A stretch of DNA of 63,978 nucleotides, filler included, from Acidimicrobiia bacterium (GTDB lineage: Bacteria > Actinomycetota > Acidimicrobiia > Spongiisociales > CAZKJJ01), in assembly GCA_046759765.1 (NCBI GenBank). It is 12 parts of 12 records of this genome, joined end to end, with 100 filler letters (N's around TTAATTAATTAA, not from the genome) between each part and the next. Parts side by side here need not be neighbours in the genome. Positions count along the whole stretch, not along the records: positions 56,227 to 61,479 come from JBHICV010000159.1; positions 61,580 to 63,978 come from JBHICV010000265.1; 10 more parts are not named here. One strand, 5' to 3'. The notes under the pieces were generated by a model that saw only the letters and a list, made by a program, of their open reading frames with translations, ran no database searches and was not told the origin of the DNA. A program made the translations under genes and the position numbers. This document shows, one piece after another, positions 59,601 to 63,978 of this stretch (position 1 is the first letter of the stretch; the number at the start of each line of letters is the position of its first letter).

Positions 59601-61037
59601 ATGAAGCTGATCGTCGTGGGTGCGGGCGGTATCACGAGAGACCTGCTGCGTGGCCTCAGCGAGATCTGGGACGTAACCGTCGTCGATAGTGACTCGGACC
59701 GCTTGGCCGTGGCAGCCGAAGTCAGAGAAGTGGAAACCGTCCTCGGCGACGGCTCCAGCCGAGTTGTCCTTGAGAAGGCCGGACTCACTTCGGCAGACGC
59801 CCTCGTAGCGGCGACCAACGACGATGCGGTGAATCTCGAAGCCTCGAAACTGGCGCTCCAGTCAAACCTGCTGCGGGTTGTGTCTGTGGCCGCGGACCCT
59901 GAGCGGCTGCCCGACTATCTGGAGCTCGATGTTCAGGCCCTGTCGCCGGACCGTCTTACGGCCCGTCGAATCGAAATCGGACTGGAGCCACGTCGGGTGA
60001 CCTCGGCTCCGTTCGCGGCCGGCATGGCCGAGGCGATCGAGTTTCGCGTTGCGGAGGACGCAACAGTGCGCGGCAGACGCCTCAGTGATCTTCATTCGGA
60101 GTCTTGGCTTATCGCCGCGGTCCTGAGAGACGGAAACTTGATCATCCCGCACGGCGACACCGTCCTCGAGACGGGGGACCTGGTGACAGTCGTGGGCGCG
60201 ACAGCCGACTATCCGGGAATCGTGCGAGTCTTTACCGCCGGGGAGGCCACCTTTCCCACCGAGTTCGGAAAGCAGGTCGCAGTTCCCCTCGAGACCGAGT
60301 CAGATCTGTACGGGCCGGTCTCAGAGGCCATCGCGATGACGCGAAGCAGCGCAGCTGAGGCGCTCCTGATCGTCCATTCGGAGCCTCGATCTGACGAGGA
60401 GCAAGCCGAGCTCGACCTGCTCATCGATACCACCGGGGATATGGCGGAGGGCATCGAGCTGCTCAACCGATCGGTAGCCGGATCGCCGATGCGGGTCTTC
60501 GCAGAGAGCGGGGCTCGAGAGGGCGTCGGACTCTTGGTGACTAGAAGCCCCAGGAGCGGAGGTCTCCTCGGCCGTTACCGGGTGGCGCGTTTGATTAGAC
60601 GTCTGGCCGCTACCGGTTTGCCCGCTCTCGTTTCACGCGGCTCTCACCCTTATGAGAGGGTTGTGGTTCCTGCGCGCGACGACGCGCCGGGCCGAGCGGC
60701 TGCGCGAGCGGGAATCGATCTGACGGCGTACATCCAATCGTCCCTCCTGGCGATCGCCGTGATCCCACCGGCTTTCGTTACGGGTTCCGCCGCCAAGGAC
60801 GAAGCCGAGCGGGCCGTGGGGCTGATCCGGGAAGAAGCCGCGGTCCAGGGGGCGCGGGTGCAGCAGCAGCTACGGGAGGGCAACCCCGTGCGGGAGATTC
60901 TTGCCTCGCTGAATGAACACGACCTCTTGATCCTGGGCCTAGGAGACGCCTCGCCCACCTTCCTCACTCCCGGGACAACGGGTCACCTTCTGGCAAGGGC
61001 ACCAGTGTCGGTGCTGCTGGTGCCAGGGGCGAGCTGA
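59601..61037 (+). CDS. TrkA_N/TrkA_C (RCK) domains fused to universal-stress-protein domains
   Basis: IVVGAGG, GDGSS, ATNDDAVN, IPHGDTVLETGD; C-terminal EGNPVREIL..DLLILG..GTTGHLL.RAPVSVLLV. Confidence 0.8.
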   Translation: MKLIVVGAGGITRDLLRGLSEIWDVTVVDSDSDRLAVAAEVREVETVLGDGSSRVVLEKAGLTSADALVAATNDDAVNLEASKLALQSNLLRVVSVAADPERLPDYLELDVQALSPDRLTARRIEIGLEPRRVTSAPFAAGMAEAIEFRVAEDATVRGRRLSDLHSESWLIAAVLRDGNLIIPHGDTVLETGDLVTVVGATADYPGIVRVFTAGEATFPTEFGKQVAVPLETESDLYGPVSEAIAMTRSSAAEALLIVHSEPRSDEEQAELDLLIDTTGDMAEGIELLNRSVAGSPMRVFAESGAREGVGLLVTRSPRSGGLLGRYRVARLIRRLAATGLPALVSRGSHPYERVVVPARDDAPGRAAARAGIDLTAYIQSSLLAIAVIPPAFVTGSAAKDEAERAVGLIREEAAVQGARVQQQLREGNPVREILASLNEHDLLILGLGDASPTFLTPGTTGHLLARAPVSVLLVPGAS

Positions 61038-61479
61038 TGGAACAAACGGCAACGACCCTCATCCTCATTGCCACTGCTGCTTTCCTGCTCCCACTGGTCG
61101 CCGGTCGAATCAAGGTTCCCGCCGTGGTGCTGGAGATCCTCTTCGGGATCCTGATCGGCCCGGTTGCCGGCATCGTCTCAGAGACCGAGCTGATCAACCA
61201 GCTAGGGGAGCTTGGCTTTTTCCTCCTGATGTTCTTGTCCGGGTTCGAGTTGGATCTTGCTCTGCTGGAACGTCAAGGCGCTCGGCAGATCGTCATAGCT
61301 CTAGTTGTTTTCGGCCTGACGATCATCGGCTCCTTCCTGGTGGTGCAGTCTTTGGGCCACACGGTGTTCATGGTTTTCGTCTTGGCCACAACATCGGTGG
61401 GCCTGGTGGTGCCGACTCTGAGAGCCACCAGACGAATCGCCACGACTCTGGGGCAGGCAATTCTGATCAGTGCCCTCGT
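61037..61479 (+). CDS. cation:proton antiporter (CPA2), 3' partial
   Basis: PAVVLEILFGILIGP, LMFLSGFELD, TTSVGLVVPTL. Confidence 0.85.
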
Positions 61480-61579
61480 NNNNNNNNNNNNNNNNNNNNN
61501 NNNNNNNNNNNNNNNNNNNNNNNTTAATTAATTAANNNNNNNNNNNNNNNNNNNNNNNNNNNNNNNNNNNNNNNNNNNN

Positions 61580-61726
61580 TGCCACTTCAAATCGCAATTC
61601 ATGGAGGAGAACCTGTTCATCGACGCACCGAAGGCGGAGAACGGCGTGCTGAAGGTCCCTGCCCGGCCGGGGTTCGGCCTCGAGGTCAACCGTGACTTCC
61701 TCAAGGACAGCAGAGTAAATATCTAG
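61580..61726 (+). CDS. mandelate racemase/enolase superfamily, C-terminal fragment
   Basis: ENGVLKVPARPGFGLEVN. Confidence 0.7.
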   Translation, partial: CHFKSQFMEENLFIDAPKAENGVLKVPARPGFGLEVNRDFLKDSRVNI

Positions 61727-61825
61727 AACGCCTCTGGTCAGATTGAATCGCCTATCGTGCGACAGCGGGTGGCCCTGGCCGCAGAACGAATAAGCGTGGC
61801 CGGGCGAAGCAAAACAGTCCAGCGT

Positions 61826-63106
61826 TCAGTTGCGAGCGATCGATGGCAACCATGTCGAAAGCTCGGGGATCGCCATCAGAACCAGCAGAAAGCCGACAAT
61901 CGCAAAAAAGAAAGGCATGTTGGCCTTCAATATCTGCACCTGGTCGCACATGGCGATGCGGCCTGTGATGATGAGGGCGATGGCCAGCGGCGGCGTGAGC
62001 TGACCGATCACGACCGCGATCACCATAAGAACTCCGAAATGTACCAAGTCGATCTGAAAGAGTAGCAACGTCGGCAGGATCACGGGCACCAGCACGGGAA
62101 TGAGGGGATCCAGGAACATGCCCGCGATAACGGCGAGAAAGATTAGCGCCAGAAGCCGGAAATACGTGCTGTCGACGACAATAATACTATCGATCACGGA
62201 TGCGAGGAGTTGTGGGACGTGGGCGCTGGCCAGGCTGGACCCGAGCGCGAAACTGAGGCTGACGATCAGCAGCAGCTCGCCGGTGAGCTGTACGGCATTG
62301 ACGAAGACTCGATAGAGACTCCGTAACTTCAACGATCGGTAGGCAAATACCGAGATGAAGATAGAGTAGGCCACGCCAAAGGCGCCGGCCTCGGTTGGGG
62401 TAAACACACCGAGAACGAGGCCGCCAACAATGATCGCCGGCATGCCAAAAGCGAGCGCGGCACGCTTGCCGCTGATCCAGATGTCGCAGAGCACGAGCAT
62501 CCCGTGCCGCGGCCAGCCGCGACGTCCCGCGATAAACGCGACCAAGACCATAAAGGTCAGACCAAGCAAAATGCCGGGTATCAGGCCGGCGAGGAACAAC
62601 GCCCCTAGCGAAGTCCCGGTGATCGCGGAGTAAAGGATCATCGGGGAGCTGGGCGGAATCAGCGGCCCAATTCCCGAGGATGAGGCGCTAACAGCGGCAG
62701 CGATCGGCGCGGGATATTTCTCTCGCTTCATGGCCGGGATGAGAATGGAACCACTGCCAGCGAGATCAGCGGTCGAGGATCCAATCATGCCGCCGAAGAA
62801 CATGCTGGTCAGCACGTTGACATGAGCGAGACCGCCTTGCAGCCAACCCACCAAGGCTCGCGCAAACTCGAACAATCGCCCCGAAATGCCGCCAGCGTTC
62901 ATGGTCACACCCGCGAGTACGAAAAGCGGCAAGGCGATAAGCGTGAATGTGCTCATCCCCGCGACCATTGTCTGCGGGAGTACGAGGGGCCATTGGCCGG
63001 CAAAGAGGAAGTTGAGTGCGACCGCGAGGATCATGGCGACGATCATCGGCGCGCCGATCGCGAGCAGGCCGAGCAGAAGAGCGATTGAGATTAGCGCGCC
63101 AGCCAT
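61826..63106 (-). CDS. dctM: TRAP transporter large permease
   Basis: ALPLFVLAG, GGLAHVNV, GPLIPPS, FTPTEA, GQLTPP. Confidence 0.92.
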   Translation of the reverse strand: MAGALISIALLLGLLAIGAPMIVAMILAVALNFLFAGQWPLVLPQTMVAGMSTFTLIALPLFVLAGVTMNAGGISGRLFEFARALVGWLQGGLAHVNVLTSMFFGGMIGSSTADLAGSGSILIPAMKREKYPAPIAAAVSASSSGIGPLIPPSSPMILYSAITGTSLGALFLAGLIPGILLGLTFMVLVAFIAGRRGWPRHGMLVLCDIWISGKRAALAFGMPAIIVGGLVLGVFTPTEAGAFGVAYSIFISVFAYRSLKLRSLYRVFVNAVQLTGELLLIVSLSFALGSSLASAHVPQLLASVIDSIIVVDSTYFRLLALIFLAVIAGMFLDPLIPVLVPVILPTLLLFQIDLVHFGVLMVIAVVIGQLTPPLAIALIITGRIAMCDQVQILKANMPFFFAIVGFLLVLMAIPELSTWLPSIARN

Positions 63107-63140
63107 CCCCCTGTTCCCGTCATACGGTGATGGCCACGCT

Positions 63141-63719
63141 TTAGCGCTGGGACCTGAAACTTCGCGCGAGATCGACGAGGAATGCGAGCGCGGCGCCGGT
63201 GGCGCCGATCACCATGGCCGAGGTGAACCACCCCGTCGGCAGGCGAAGATAGACCGTCGTATCGCGGCCGAAGAGGGCCACGTATTGGAAGCTGTTGATC
63301 GCCAGATAGGTAAAGGCGGCGGCTGAGAGGGCGGCCGTCAAGACCGCGGCCGCGCGCTGAAGAATCGGCGGCAGCCGGGCCAGGAAGAAGTCGATCCGGA
63401 TAACGTTGCGCCGGCGCACCGACAAGAACACGCCGCACATGGCAAGCCACGGCACCAGCGCTATCACCACCTCATCGGCCCAAATTATCGGTGTTGCGAT
63501 GGCATACCGACCAACCGCGTTGCTGAACACAAGCACGACGATCGTGGCGAGTACGGCGACGCCGATAACCTCGACCACACGATTGATCCAGCGATCGACC
63601 AGCGATGCGTTGGCATCCGGGTCGGCAAGCTCCATGCTTCGCGTCGCTTGTCCGACCTGCTCCGCGAGCTCGTCCGGCTGTGATCGTGTCGGTCTTGCAC
63701 CGTCGTTGGTTCTATCCAT
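63141..63719 (-). CDS. dctQ: TRAP transporter small permease
   Basis: Four TMs, RY...IIWADE, IRIDF. Confidence 0.85.
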   Translation of the reverse strand: MDRTNDGARPTRSQPDELAEQVGQATRSMELADPDANASLVDRWINRVVEVIGVAVLATIVVLVFSNAVGRYAIATPIIWADEVVIALVPWLAMCGVFLSVRRRNVIRIDFFLARLPPILQRAAAVLTAALSAAAFTYLAINSFQYVALFGRDTTVYLRLPTGWFTSAMVIGATGAALAFLVDLARSFRSQR

Positions 63720-63738
63720 GCACGTCTTTCCAACTGCA

Positions 63739-63765
63739 CCGGGCGGGGCGCCTGGCCCCGCCCGG
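63739..63765 (-). terminator. intergenic hairpin after dctP
   Basis: CCGGGCGGGGC-N5-GCCCCGCCCGG. Confidence 0.55.
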
Positions 63766-63773
63766 CCTCGTCT

Positions 63774-63978
63774 TTATTGTTGCGCTGCTGCAATCACCCT
63801 GTCGGCAAGTTCCCTGCCGGCGATCTCGGCGATCTGATCCCATATCGGCAGCGCCGCCGCTTGAAACGCGGCAACATCGATCTCAGTCACCTCCATGCTC
63901 TGGCCAAGCTCGCCGAGAAGGCTGGCATCCGCATCGGTTCCGAGTTGGCGCGTGAACTTTGCTGCCTCCAGAGCGGCT
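63774..63978 (-). CDS. dctP: TRAP substrate-binding protein, C-terminal fragment
   Basis: MEVTEIDVAAFQAAALPIWD; upstream of dctQM. Confidence 0.75.
   Translation of the reverse strand, partial: AALEAAKFTRQLGTDADASLLGELGQSMEVTEIDVAAFQAAALPIWDQIAEIAGRELADRVIAAAQQ

Overview
This is not one continuous locus. It is 12 short contigs (internal ones ~5.25-5.66 kb, in decreasing length) joined by 100-nt N/TTAATTAATTAA linkers, as in a metagenome-assembled genome. Most contigs look like a high-GC actinobacterium, probably Acidimicrobiia: Pup-proteasome operon, WhiB, Flp pilin, lipoprotein ABC binding proteins. Contigs at 23172-34356 (type II secretin, signal-peptide periplasmic proteins) and possibly 61580-end look like mis-binned diderm DNA. 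Best leads: (1) a selenocysteine peroxiredoxin that the ORF track splits at an in-frame TGA; it has no Cys, a SECIS-like hairpin follows the TGA, and selA/selB lie elsewhere in the window; (2) a pyruvate-phosphate-dikinase-like protein whose pyruvate-binding barrel is replaced by a winged-helix plus helical His-motif domain, resembling a fusion of M. tuberculosis Rv1127c and Rv1126c; (3) a 55-bp overlap joining contigs 2 and 3 into one catabolic locus carrying two unusual phospho-His dikinases; (4) a His-rich leader ORF with a RAPP arrest-like motif upstream of a cytochrome c/cupredoxin-like fusion. Also present: four tRNA genes, a tRNA-Ala attachment-like fragment, several frameshifts and several structured or repeated intergenic elements. 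Family assignments come from motif recognition by eye; no database searches were run.
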